Positions 17,571 through 27,152 of a stretch of 64,000 nucleotides of DNA are shown here, piece by piece. Each line of letters starts with the position of its first letter. Within the stretch, counting starts at the first letter, position 1. The position numbers and the translations under genes are program-made. Source of the stretch: Clostridiales bacterium (lineage in GTDB: Bacteria > Bacillota > Clostridia > Oscillospirales > CAG-382); assembly GCA_004553575.1 (NCBI GenBank), contig SFLA01000001.1, positions 30,521-94,520 on the forward strand, written 5' to 3'. Under the pieces are notes generated by a model. It worked only from the letters and a program-made list of their open reading frames with translations, had not been told where the DNA came from and ran no database searches.

Positions 17571-19221
17571 ACTGCCGCTTATAAAACAAATGTGGCGCGA
17601 GCTCAGATGGATGCTCGGATATGCGAAGGGATATCGCGGAGTTATTGTACTGACTCTGGCGCTCGGCGCCGTATCGGTGCTGTTCGGGCTCGGCTCGTCG
17701 CTCGCGTCCAAATATCTGCTCGACAGCGTTATCGGACGGAATCCGGGCTCGCTCGCCGTATTCGCCGCCGCAATGGGAGCCTGCATGCTCGCTTCGGTCG
17801 CGGTAAGAGCCGTTTCGTCACGCGTAAGCGGCGTTGCCGGCGTTAAGCTGAAGCAAAAGGTCCGCTCCGACGTGTTCCGCCGCATAATGGTGTCGCGCTG
17901 GGAGCCGCTGCACGAAAAGAAATCCGGCGATCTTCTTGCGCGGGTGCTGTCGGATTCGTCCTCGGTGTCCGGAACGGTACTGTCCTTCGTCCCGTCGGCC
18001 GGAGCCGCGGGAATACAGTTTACGGGAGCGTTCGTTCTGCTGCTCATATACGATCCGGTAATGGCGCTTATCGCGCTGCTCTGCGCGCCCGTATCGGTGC
18101 TGTTTTCGCGGCTGTGGATGCGGAGGATGCGGCGGTCGGACGACCTGCTCCGCAAAACCGACGGCGAGATTTCGGCATACTGCTCGGAAGCGCTCGCGGG
18201 GATAGACACGGTTAAGTCCTTCGGGATATACCGGCTGTTCGTCCGAGGTCTGGAAAAGCTGCACTCACGTTATTTTTCCTGCTATGAAGGGTATAACCGT
18301 CTTACCGTAACAGCCTCCGCCGCCATGTCGGTAATGGGCATACTGGTATACGCCGCATGCTTTGCCTGGGGAGTGTACCGTCTGTGGACGGATCCCGAGA
18401 TATACACCTACGGTACTTTTACACTGTTTCTGGGGCTGGCGTCGTCGCTCCGCGGATCGTTTTCGTCGCTCGTTTCGGCAGTGCCGTCACTGATATCCGC
18501 AACGGCGGGAGCAGGCAGAATAATGGAAATATTCGATCTTGACGCCGAGCCCGACCCGCACGAGATGACCGAAAGCACCTACGGAGTGCGGGCGGAGGGG
18601 GTTTGCTTTTCCTACGACGGACGGCGCAGGGTGCTTGACGGCTTTTCGCTTACTGCCGACCCCGGCGAGGCGATTGCGGTCACCGGGTCATCCGGCAGCG
18701 GAAAAACCACTCTTATGCGGCTTATGCTCGGACTGGCGGATTTCGAAGGCAGGATTGTACTCGTGACGCCCGACGGCACCGAGATACCCGTGTCCGCCGC
18801 GACGCGCCGGGCATTTGCGTACGTACCGCAGGGCAACACCGTGTTCGCCGGCACCGTCGCGGAGAATCTGCGCATGGTTAAGGAAGACGCTACCGACGAG
18901 GAGATAGTCTCGGCACTGAAAAAGGCGTGCGCCTACGGATTCGTTTCCGAAATGCCGGGCGGTATAAACGCGGTTATCGGCGAGAAGGGAGCAGGCATAT
19001 CCGAGGGACAGGCGCAGAGAATAGCCATTGCACGCGCGCTTCTGTGCGATGCCCCGGTAATACTGCTTGACGAGGCGACATCTGCACTGGATTCCGCGAC
19101 CGAGCGGAAGATCATGGATTCGATTGCGGCAGAGGGAGGACGCACCTGCATACTGTCGTCCCACCGCGGTCAGGTCATAGAAAGCTGCACCCGCACATAT
19201 AGAGTCGGAGAGCCGTTATGA
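17548..19221 (+). CDS. ABC exporter, fused permease/ATPase (type I exporter fold)
   Basis: Six-TM N-terminal half. Walker A GSSGSGKTT, signature ISEGQAQR, Walker B ILLDEATSALD, H-loop SSHR. No C39 peptidase domain. Overlaps the upstream gene by 23 nt. Confidence 0.85.
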   Translation: MDLSTGSKLPLIKQMWRELRWMLGYAKGYRGVIVLTLALGAVSVLFGLGSSLASKYLLDSVIGRNPGSLAVFAAAMGACMLASVAVRAVSSRVSGVAGVKLKQKVRSDVFRRIMVSRWEPLHEKKSGDLLARVLSDSSSVSGTVLSFVPSAGAAGIQFTGAFVLLLIYDPVMALIALLCAPVSVLFSRLWMRRMRRSDDLLRKTDGEISAYCSEALAGIDTVKSFGIYRLFVRGLEKLHSRYFSCYEGYNRLTVTASAAMSVMGILVYAACFAWGVYRLWTDPEIYTYGTFTLFLGLASSLRGSFSSLVSAVPSLISATAGAGRIMEIFDLDAEPDPHEMTESTYGVRAEGVCFSYDGRRRVLDGFSLTADPGEAIAVTGSSGSGKTTLMRLMLGLADFEGRIVLVTPDGTEIPVSAATRRAFAYVPQGNTVFAGTVAENLRMVKEDATDEEIVSALKKACAYGFVSEMPGGINAVIGEKGAGISEGQAQRIAIARALLCDAPVILLDEATSALDSATERKIMDSIAAEGGRTCILSSHRGQVIESCTRTYRVGEPL

Positions 19222-19670
19222 GCGGAAGAATATACGACCGCGAGACGATCGAGCCTCTTGCCAGATCGCTGTTTGAGCTCGGCGAGCCGTTCCAGCTTAC
19301 GGTAACGGGCGGAAGCATGCTTCCGTTTCTGGCTCCTCACCGCGACACCGTGCTGCTTTCGCCGCCGACCCGCCGACCGAGACGCGGCGACATCCTTCTG
19401 TTCACGAGGGAGGACGGGAGCTGGGTCCTCCACCGCGTAAGAAGGGTGAAAAAAGACGGACTGTATATGATAGGCGACGCCCAGACGGTTACCGAGGGTC
19501 CCGTGCCCGAGAACCGGGTGCTGGCGACGGTGACGCGGGCGCGCATTAAAGGTAGGATAGTAACCCCGAGCAGTCCGCGCTGGATATTCTACCGCACGGT
19601 CTGGCTTGCCGCAATACCGGCGAGAAGGCTTATTTTCCGGCTTCGCGCCGCAATCCGGAGGAAAAAATGA
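19218..19670 (+). CDS. S24/S26-family (signal-peptidase/LexA-like) serine peptidase, 150 aa
   Basis: Nucleophile motif VTGGSMLPFL, then RRGDILLF...WVLHRVRRVKKDG (candidate general-base Lys). ATGA overlaps at both ends. Amphipathic or hydrophobic C-terminal tail. Confidence 0.55.
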   Translation: MSGRIYDRETIEPLARSLFELGEPFQLTVTGGSMLPFLAPHRDTVLLSPPTRRPRRGDILLFTREDGSWVLHRVRRVKKDGLYMIGDAQTVTEGPVPENRVLATVTRARIKGRIVTPSSPRWIFYRTVWLAAIPARRLIFRLRAAIRRKK

Positions 19671-20446
19671 AACCGCGTTTTATAGATATACACGCTCATA
19701 TACTCCCCGGGCTGGACGACGGCGCCGAAACGATAGAGGATTCGATTGAGCTGGCGCGGATAGCCGAGTCCAACGGAGTTGCGATAATCATTGCCACTCC
19801 GCACAGCTACGATCACAATTACGAGGGCAGCGGATTCGCCGAAGAGGTATGCGCCGCCGCCGAATACACACAGGAATGCATTAACGAAGCCGGTATAAAC
19901 GTAAAGCTGCTTACCGGGATGGAGATATTCGCCGACCGCGATACGCCGCGGCTGCTTAGATCGGGCGATCTGCTTCCGCTTGCGGGGACAAGATACGCGC
20001 TTACGGAGTTTTCGTTTGACGAGGAGCCGATCTGGGTGACCGACGTCCTGCGCGAGACCATTGCCGCCGGCTATATTCCGGTGATAGCTCACCCCGAGCG
20101 GTACAATTACGTCCGCGAGAACCCCGGCATAGCCTACAACTGGGTAAGGGGCGGCTGTCTGCTTCAGATAAACCGCGGGAGCCTTATCGGACGCTTCGGC
20201 CCCGATGCCCGCAGTACCGCTCTGCGGCTGCTTCGCCACGGTCTGGTATCATTTACTGCGACCGACGCGCATTCCCCGGTCGCACGGACCACCACCATGT
20301 CCGACGCATATGCCGAGCTTAAAAGCCTGTTAGGCTCCGCCGCAGCCGAAGAGCTTACCTGTACCAACGCAATAAAGCTTATACGCGGCGAAATAATAAC
20401 TCTTCCGAACGCGCGTCCCTTTTACAGCGGGACCGAAATATTCTGA
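19667..20446 (+). CDS. cpsB: PHP-family protein-tyrosine phosphatase (CpsB/YwqE type)
   Basis: N-terminal IDIHAHILPGLDDG, later PHS, HPERY and TDAH metal-binding motifs. 259 aa. Confidence 0.85.
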   Translation: MKPRFIDIHAHILPGLDDGAETIEDSIELARIAESNGVAIIIATPHSYDHNYEGSGFAEEVCAAAEYTQECINEAGINVKLLTGMEIFADRDTPRLLRSGDLLPLAGTRYALTEFSFDEEPIWVTDVLRETIAAGYIPVIAHPERYNYVRENPGIAYNWVRGGCLLQINRGSLIGRFGPDARSTALRLLRHGLVSFTATDAHSPVARTTTMSDAYAELKSLLGSAAAEELTCTNAIKLIRGEIITLPNARPFYSGTEIF

Positions 20447-20469
20447 ATCAACGGGGGTATTACGGCAAA

Positions 20470-21324
20470 GTGAAAAGAAAAAGGCTGGTACGCTTATCAT
20501 GCGTTGCCGCCGCGGTGCTGCTTGCATTCGGCGGATACGTATACTATACGCTCACCTCGGATTCGGGCGAACGTCCGGTTATTTCAATGGATTCCGACAC
20601 GATTACGATAAGCATTTCCGACGGCGAAAGCGCGATTATTAACGGAATTACCGCTTACGACGCCGAGGACGGCGACATTACCGGCAGACTGATATACGAA
20701 GGGCTTTCGGCGTTTTCCGAAGAAGGGGTATGTACCGCAACCTTCACTGCGGTCGATTCGGACGGTAACGTAAGCAAGGCGCAGCGGACGGTATTATTCA
20801 GCGATTACACCCCGCCGGTCTTTGCACTTAAAGCGCCTCTGACCTTCAGCTACGGATCGACAATGAATCTTTCCGATTATATACGGGCTTACGACTGTAT
20901 CGACGGCGACATTTCCGGCGGCGTACGCATTACGGTGACGGGATCGTCGGGCTCGCTTTCCGAGATAGGGGTGCACCCGGTGACCGTAAGGGTTACCAAC
21001 TCGAAGGGCGATACCTCCGAGCTTACGCTCGACGTCACGGTCGCACAGATCGATTCCGCGCAGAAACGTTACGCGCCGACGATAGAGCTCGGCGATTATC
21101 TCATTTACGTTGACGAGGGCGGAGCCTTCTCTCCCTCGGAGCTTATCGTATCGGTTACCGACGGAGATGTAAAATACACCGATTCCGCCCATATTTCGGG
21201 CGTGTCCTTCAGCGGAAACGTGAATACCTCCCGCCCGGGAGTGTACAGCGTCGAATACGAATACACCGGCGAAAAGGGTTATACAGGCACCGCAACGCTC
21301 GTGGTTGTGGTAACGGGTGAATGA
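20470..21324 (+). CDS. membrane-anchored protein with three Ig-like (DUF5011/HYR-like) domains
   Basis: GTG start. N-terminal TM LSCVAAAVLLAFGGYVYY. Repeated (A/V)YD..DGDI(T/S)G motifs (ITAYDAEDGDITG, IRAYDCIDGDISG, VSVTDGDV). Confidence 0.6.
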   Translation: MKRKRLVRLSCVAAAVLLAFGGYVYYTLTSDSGERPVISMDSDTITISISDGESAIINGITAYDAEDGDITGRLIYEGLSAFSEEGVCTATFTAVDSDGNVSKAQRTVLFSDYTPPVFALKAPLTFSYGSTMNLSDYIRAYDCIDGDISGGVRITVTGSSGSLSEIGVHPVTVRVTNSKGDTSELTLDVTVAQIDSAQKRYAPTIELGDYLIYVDEGGAFSPSELIVSVTDGDVKYTDSAHISGVSFSGNVNTSRPGVYSVEYEYTGEKGYTGTATLVVVVTGE

Positions 21325-22766
21325 TTATGGCTGAGATCACTGCTCAAAGCGAAAGCTCCTCCGTAGATATACGGACAATAATACGTGATATCATATCCGG
21401 CTGGTGGATAATACTGCTCGCCGTCGTCATCGCCGGCATGGGCTCTTTTATTGCCGTTACCGAGCTCTATTCGCCGGTCTACACCTCTACCGCGACCTAT
21501 GTCGTATCCGCCACCGGAAACACCGCAACGGTATATACCAACCTTTCCGCCGCACAAACGCTTGCCGACGCCTTTTCGAACGTGCTCAGCAGCAACATTA
21601 TGCGGAGAATAGTCTGCGATGATCTGGGAATAAGCTCGTTTGACGGCAAGATTTCCGCCGAGGTCGTATCCGAGACGAATATCCTTACCCTTACCGTTAC
21701 CGCCTCGCGTCCGGACACGGCGTATCTCGTCTGCCGGTCGCTTATGGAGAACCATTCCGAGGTTACCGACGCGATAATGTCAAACGCAATACTTCAGGTG
21801 CTGAAAAGCCCGTCGGTGCCTTCCTCGCCTTCGAACAAGCTGAACCGCCGCGGCACCGTTACAAAAGTAATGATCGCAGCAGCGATAGCCGCCGCTGCGG
21901 CGCTCGGCGCGGTATCGTACCTTCGCGACACCTGCAAAACCGAAAAAGACTTCACCGGAAAAATAGACGGTCAGCTTCTGGTAACGGTACATCACGAGCA
22001 GAAATACAAAACCCTCATCTCACGGATAAAGCACCCAAAGAAGGGCTTGCTGATTACCGATCCCACCACCGGGTTCCTGTTTACCGAATCCTTCAAAAAG
22101 CTTCGCACCAAGATCGAATACCGTCTTGCAAAAGAGGGCAAAAAGGTTATCGCGATAGGCAGCGTGCTTGAGAACGAGGGGAAATCAACGGTAGCCGCCA
22201 ACATCGCTCTGGCGCTGGCACAGAAGCACAGGAACGTCGTGCTTTTGGACGCCGATATGCGGCGCCCCGCCATACACAAGCTGTTTTCGACAGGCACCGG
22301 AGCCTTAGACCTCGCCGCCGTACTGACGGGGCAGATAAGCGCGGAGCAGGCGACCGTTACCGAGCCGAAGACCGGCCTTAAGATACTCTGCTGCGAAAAA
22401 ACTCCTCCGCGTGCCTATGACCTCGTGTCGTCCGATGCTATGCGTGAGCTGATAAACAAGCTGAAATCCGAAAACGATTTCGTGATTATCGACACCCCGC
22501 CCATGGCGGTGGCGTCCGACGCCGAGGCGATAGCGTCCTACGCCGACACCTCGATTCTGACCGTACGTCAGGGTGTGACCTATATACGCGACATCAACGA
22601 CGCAATAGACAATCTCCGTGACGCCGGCGGACTGCTCGGCTGCGTGTTCAACGACGTAAGGTCGTCTGCGATATCCGCCGGCTACGGTTACGGATACGGC
22701 TACGGTTACGGAAAAGCCGGTTACGGCAAATACGGCTACGGTGACCGGACTGCCGTGCGGGACTGA
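21321..22766 (+). CDS. fused Wzz-domain / BY-kinase polysaccharide co-polymerase (tyrosine autokinase), copy 1
   Basis: TM1, extracellular Wzz-like segment, TM2 (VMIAAAIAAAAALGAVSYL). Walker A ENEGKST, A' VVLLDADMRRP, B FVIIDTPP. C-terminal Tyr cluster GYGYGYGYGYGKAGYGKYGYG. Confidence 0.85.
   Translation: MIMAEITAQSESSSVDIRTIIRDIISGWWIILLAVVIAGMGSFIAVTELYSPVYTSTATYVVSATGNTATVYTNLSAAQTLADAFSNVLSSNIMRRIVCDDLGISSFDGKISAEVVSETNILTLTVTASRPDTAYLVCRSLMENHSEVTDAIMSNAILQVLKSPSVPSSPSNKLNRRGTVTKVMIAAAIAAAAALGAVSYLRDTCKTEKDFTGKIDGQLLVTVHHEQKYKTLISRIKHPKKGLLITDPTTGFLFTESFKKLRTKIEYRLAKEGKKVIAIGSVLENEGKSTVAANIALALAQKHRNVVLLDADMRRPAIHKLFSTGTGALDLAAVLTGQISAEQATVTEPKTGLKILCCEKTPPRAYDLVSSDAMRELINKLKSENDFVIIDTPPMAVASDAEAIASYADTSILTVRQGVTYIRDINDAIDNLRDAGGLLGCVFNDVRSSAISAGYGYGYGYGYGKAGYGKYGYGDRTAVRD
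22680..22743 (+). repeat. imperfect hexanucleotide (GGNTAC)n tract encoding the Gly-Tyr tail of BY-kinase 1
   Basis: ggctac ggttac ggatac ggctac ggttac ... ggttac ggc aaa tac ggctac ggt. Confidence 0.8.
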
Positions 22767-22781
22767 GGGGGTGAGCTGACA

Positions 22782-24290
22782 ATGAACGAACATAACAACT
22801 CCTCCGACCGGTTATCTTTATTCGATTTTCAGGATGTATTCAAGGGCGTTAGAAAGCTGCTGCCGCTGTTTCTTGCGCTGCTCGTGCTGATTTCCGCGGT
22901 ACTGTGCGCATATACCTACTTCAGCTACGTCCCGTATTACACTTCGACCGCGACCTTTACCATAACGCTTTCGGGAAGCTACGGATCCTCGAACAGCTTT
23001 TATTATTCGACCACCGCCGCACAGCTCGCAAAGACATTTCCTTATATACTGCAAAGCGGTACGCTCGGCGATATGATAGCCGCCGATCTCGGCACCGATT
23101 CGGTTCCGGGCAGTATAAGCGTGCATTCCCTGGAAAATACGAACATCTTCACCATGACCGTATCCTCGTCCGACCCGGAGAACGCCTACAGGGTGCTGAT
23201 GTCGGCAATAGACAATTATCCCGATCTGGCGCGGTTTGTCGTCGGCGACACCGTGTTCACTCTAATAAACGAGCCGGAGATACCGTCCTCGCCCGCCAAT
23301 TCACGTTCCTACCGCAGCGCCGTCCGCAATGCGCTGCTTATCAGCCTCGTGCTGTACGCTCTGGCGGTAACGCTGTACGTACTGACCAGATCCACGGTAC
23401 GCCGGACGGAAGATATAAAACGGATGCTTAACGTAAAGTGCATCGGTACGGTGCCGTTTGTCAAGCTTAAAAAGCGCGGCAAAAACGGCAGGAGCGAACC
23501 GATACTTATAACCAACAAGAAGCTGCCGCACAGCTTTTCGGAAGGTATACGGCTTATCCGCACAAAGCTCGAGCGGGAGGGCAAGGGAAAAACCGTGCTC
23601 GTAACCAGCGCCTGCGAAAACGAGGGGAAATCGACCGTCGCGGTCAATCTGGCGCTGTCGCTTGCCGAGAAGGGGTATCAGACCCTGCTTATAGACTGCG
23701 ACCTCAGGAACCCCTCCTGCGCGAAGATACTCGGCATCGGCGAACCGCCGGCGGGGCTCGGCGATTATCTCGCGGGAAAGGCTCCGCTCAGCAAGCTCGG
23801 CTTCAAGCTTACGGCAATGTCGGGGCTTATGCTTATCCCCGGCAGGGGAAATCTCGCGTCGGCTGCGGAATCGCTCGACACTTCCGCCATGAAGAAGCTG
23901 ATAGACTCCATGCGGAACTACGTCGATTTCATAATACTCGATACCACCCCCTGCGCGGTGATAACCGACGCGGCGGTGCTCGCAAAGCAGGCTGACGAGG
24001 CGGTGTTCGTAGTGCGTCAGGACTACGCGAGCAAGGACAGAATACTCGACGGTGTTTCCACCCTGTCCGAAAGCGGCGTTCCGATACTCGGCTGTGTGTT
24101 TAACGCAATGCAAAGCGGCGGAAGCGGATACGGCGGCTACTACGGAAGATATTCGTATTCGCGGTATGCATACGGGAGCTACGGAAGCCATTACGGCAAA
24201 TACAACGAAGCCGACTCCTCTGCCGACACGGATGAGCAACCCACGGTCGGCAGACCGGACGCCGACGCGGCAAATAACAAAAACCAGTAA
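22782..24290 (+). CDS. fused Wzz-domain / BY-kinase (tyrosine autokinase), copy 2
   Basis: Same architecture as copy 1. Walker A ENEGKST, A' TLLIDCDLRNP, B FIILDTTP. Tyr cluster GYGGYYGRYSYSRYAYGSYGSHYGKY followed by an acidic tail. GGGGGTGAG RBS before ATG 22782. Confidence 0.85.
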   Translation: MNEHNNSSDRLSLFDFQDVFKGVRKLLPLFLALLVLISAVLCAYTYFSYVPYYTSTATFTITLSGSYGSSNSFYYSTTAAQLAKTFPYILQSGTLGDMIAADLGTDSVPGSISVHSLENTNIFTMTVSSSDPENAYRVLMSAIDNYPDLARFVVGDTVFTLINEPEIPSSPANSRSYRSAVRNALLISLVLYALAVTLYVLTRSTVRRTEDIKRMLNVKCIGTVPFVKLKKRGKNGRSEPILITNKKLPHSFSEGIRLIRTKLEREGKGKTVLVTSACENEGKSTVAVNLALSLAEKGYQTLLIDCDLRNPSCAKILGIGEPPAGLGDYLAGKAPLSKLGFKLTAMSGLMLIPGRGNLASAAESLDTSAMKKLIDSMRNYVDFIILDTTPCAVITDAAVLAKQADEAVFVVRQDYASKDRILDGVSTLSESGVPILGCVFNAMQSGGSGYGGYYGRYSYSRYAYGSYGSHYGKYNEADSSADTDEQPTVGRPDADAANNKNQ

Positions 24291-24306
24291 CGAATCGGGA
24301 CCTGAA

Positions 24307-26277
24307 ATGAATGCAAAAAAAGCCGGAACGTCCACGCGGCGTCCCATCAACGCGCGCACAACGCGAATAATACTTCTTATGATCGCGGATGCCGCGATTG
24401 TAAACCTGGCAGCGTTCCTTTCGCTTATGCTGCGAATGGAATTCAATTTATCCGAGCTTGTCGAATGCGGATTCCTTGACAGTATGCTGTCATACGCACC
24501 GCTGAACACCGTAACGGCTCTGATTATAATACTGCTGTTCGGGCTTTACGACAGCATGTGGGAGTTCGCCGGGGTGGACGAGCTTATTAACTCAATCTTT
24601 GCGGCGCTCTGTATTTCCGCCTCGAACCTTGTCGGTATGTTCTGCTTCGGAATGATCCGCGGCAGCAAGCTGTTCGAAAGCCCCGTAACCTCCGCATGGG
24701 ACCTTATCACGAAGGTGTTCACCGTCGCGGAGATGCCGAAAAGCTTCCCGGCGATCTACATACTGGTGCTTATTGCCGGTATCGGCGGGGCGAGACTTTC
24801 CTACCGGCTTATACGGCGCAAAAAGCATATGCTGGGTCAGAACGTCGTGCGCACCATGGTAATCGGTGCGGGCAGAGCGGGCGCGATAGTCATACGCGAC
24901 CTTACGAGCAGCTCGCTGAGCGACAACCGCGTGGTGTGCATTATCGACGACGACCCCTCCAAGCTGGGCGCAAAAATCTACGGCGTTAAGGTGGTCGGCG
25001 GCAGCGATACGATAAAAGAGAACGTAAAAAAATACGGTGTCGACGAGATTCTGTTTGCAATACCCACGGCGAGCGCGTCCCGCCGCAGGGAGATACTCGG
25101 CATCTGCTCCGAGACGGGATGTCAGCTTAAAATCCTCCCGGGACTGTACCAGCTTGCCAGCGGAGAAGTCCGCATTGAGAAGCAGCGTGAGGTACGTATT
25201 GAAGACCTGCTCGGGCGGGACAGCGTTAAAATCGACCCTGCCGGTGTAAGCAGCACAATATGCGGCATGACTGCGCTGGTCACCGGAGGCGGCGGCTCCA
25301 TCGGCAGCGAGCTCTGCCGGCAGATAGCCGCTTGCTCGCCGAAAAAGCTGATCGTTTTCGATATTTACGAAAACAACGCCTATGCGATACAGCAGGAGCT
25401 GCTCCACGCTTATCCTAATCTGGATCTTACGGTGCTTATCGGATCGGTAAGAGACGTCAACAGGGTTAACGAGGTGTTTTCGCTCTACCGTCCGGATCTC
25501 GTCTTCCACGCCGCCGCGCACAAGCACGTTCCGCTTATGGAAAGCAGTCCGCTCGAGGCGGTCAAAAACAACGTCTTCGGAACGCTTACGGTCGCCCGCG
25601 CCGCCGATAAATACGGCACCCGCAGAATGTGTCTTATATCGACGGACAAGGCGGTCAATCCGACCAACGTAATGGGCGCCACCAAGCGGATATGCGAAAT
25701 GATTGTCCAATACATGGACGGAATCAGCAAAACCGATTATGTGGCGGTGCGGTTCGGAAACGTGCTCGGCAGCAACGGAAGCGTTATCCCGCTGTTCCGC
25801 CGGCAGATAGCCTACGGCGGTCCGGTCACGGTCACGCACAAGGATATAACCCGTTTCTTTATGACCATTCCCGAGGCGGTTTCACTTATACTCCAGGCGG
25901 GCGCCTTTGCGCAGGGCGGCGAAATATTCGTGCTTGACATGGGCGAGCCGGTTAAAATCGATACTCTTGCGCGCAATATGATACGGCTTTCGGGATATGA
26001 GCCGGACGTGGATATAAAAATCGTCTATACAGGTCTCCGCCCGGGAGAGAAGCTGTACGAAGAGGTGCTGATATCGGGCGAGGGCAACAAAAAGACCGAA
26101 AACGAGCTGATATTTATACGGGAGCCGCTGCAGTTCAGCTCCGAAAAGCTGCTCGACGGGCTTGACAAGCTGCATTCGCTGTCAGATACCGCACCCGTGT
26201 CGGAGGTAAAGCATGCGCTCGCCGATCTGGTCGATACCTACACGCCGGACGAGCGCGAAGAATCGGCGGCAAAATGA
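24307..26277 (+). CDS. membrane-bound CapD/PglF/WbpM-type nucleotide-sugar 4,6-dehydratase
   Basis: ATG 24307; ORF-track start 24052 overlaps the kinase gene. Four N-terminal TM segments. Rossmann motifs VIGAGRAG and VTGGGGSIGSE, plus the conserved STDKAVNPTNVMGATKR segment. Confidence 0.85.
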   Translation: MNAKKAGTSTRRPINARTTRIILLMIADAAIVNLAAFLSLMLRMEFNLSELVECGFLDSMLSYAPLNTVTALIIILLFGLYDSMWEFAGVDELINSIFAALCISASNLVGMFCFGMIRGSKLFESPVTSAWDLITKVFTVAEMPKSFPAIYILVLIAGIGGARLSYRLIRRKKHMLGQNVVRTMVIGAGRAGAIVIRDLTSSSLSDNRVVCIIDDDPSKLGAKIYGVKVVGGSDTIKENVKKYGVDEILFAIPTASASRRREILGICSETGCQLKILPGLYQLASGEVRIEKQREVRIEDLLGRDSVKIDPAGVSSTICGMTALVTGGGGSIGSELCRQIAACSPKKLIVFDIYENNAYAIQQELLHAYPNLDLTVLIGSVRDVNRVNEVFSLYRPDLVFHAAAHKHVPLMESSPLEAVKNNVFGTLTVARAADKYGTRRMCLISTDKAVNPTNVMGATKRICEMIVQYMDGISKTDYVAVRFGNVLGSNGSVIPLFRRQIAYGGPVTVTHKDITRFFMTIPEAVSLILQAGAFAQGGEIFVLDMGEPVKIDTLARNMIRLSGYEPDVDIKIVYTGLRPGEKLYEEVLISGEGNKKTENELIFIREPLQFSSEKLLDGLDKLHSLSDTAPVSEVKHALADLVDTYTPDEREESAAK

Positions 26278-27152
26278 AAAAAGGAGCAGAAATGACCGCG
26301 TTTTTAACAGTCGTATTAATACTGCTCGTATATGCGGTTTTCTCGGTCGCCGTTTCGTACGCTTCGGTCGAGACTTCACGAAACGAGCTTACGCTTAAGG
26401 GCATTACCGACGAAGCAGTCATCGTTCTTATCAGCGATCTTCACGGCAGAGAAGTCGGGCGCGGGAATTCAAAGCTTATATCGGCGGTAAAAGCCGCCGG
26501 TCCTGACGCCGTCTGTCTTACCGGAGACTTTATAGACGTCGGCGACAGCGAACGGGATATAGATGAATTCTGCAGTCTGGTAAGCGCTCTGTGCGGGATC
26601 GCGCCGGTATATTACAGCTACGGCAACCATGAGATGCGCCGTATCGCAAACGGCGGGGACGACTTTTCGGACAAAATATCCGCCGCAGGTGCCAAATTGC
26701 TCGAATGCTCATACACGGACGTGAATATCAACGGTCAGACGGTGCGTATCGGCGGAATGTACGGAAGCGGATTCGTTACGGAAAACGAGCCTGAGGGATC
26801 GGACGAGGCGAGACGATACTGCTTTCTTACCGAATTCACCGCATGCGAGTACCCGACTTTGCTTCTGTCGCACTGCCCGGATTCCTTCGTTATCGGCTCC
26901 GAAGAGGCGGACTGGGAGATAGGACTGATATTATCGGGTCACGTTCACGGAGGACTGTGGCGTCTGCCGATCGTCGGCGGGCTGGTATCGCACTCCGAAG
27001 GGCTGTTTCCCGTGCACGATAAGGGAATGTTTGCGCTCGGGCGCTCACACATGGTTATAACATCGGGTCTTGCGGGGAGCGGGTGGATACCGCGGCTCGG
27101 CAACCCCGGAGAGATTACCGTAATAACACTGAAACCGGAGAACACAAAATGA
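26274..27152 (+). CDS. membrane-anchored metallophosphoesterase (calcineurin-like)
   Basis: N-terminal TM. Motifs ISDLHG, TGDFID, GNHE, SGHVHGG. ATGA overlap with the upstream gene. Confidence 0.8.
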   Translation: MKKGAEMTAFLTVVLILLVYAVFSVAVSYASVETSRNELTLKGITDEAVIVLISDLHGREVGRGNSKLISAVKAAGPDAVCLTGDFIDVGDSERDIDEFCSLVSALCGIAPVYYSYGNHEMRRIANGGDDFSDKISAAGAKLLECSYTDVNINGQTVRIGGMYGSGFVTENEPEGSDEARRYCFLTEFTACEYPTLLLSHCPDSFVIGSEEADWEIGLILSGHVHGGLWRLPIVGGLVSHSEGLFPVHDKGMFALGRSHMVITSGLAGSGWIPRLGNPGEITVITLKPENTK

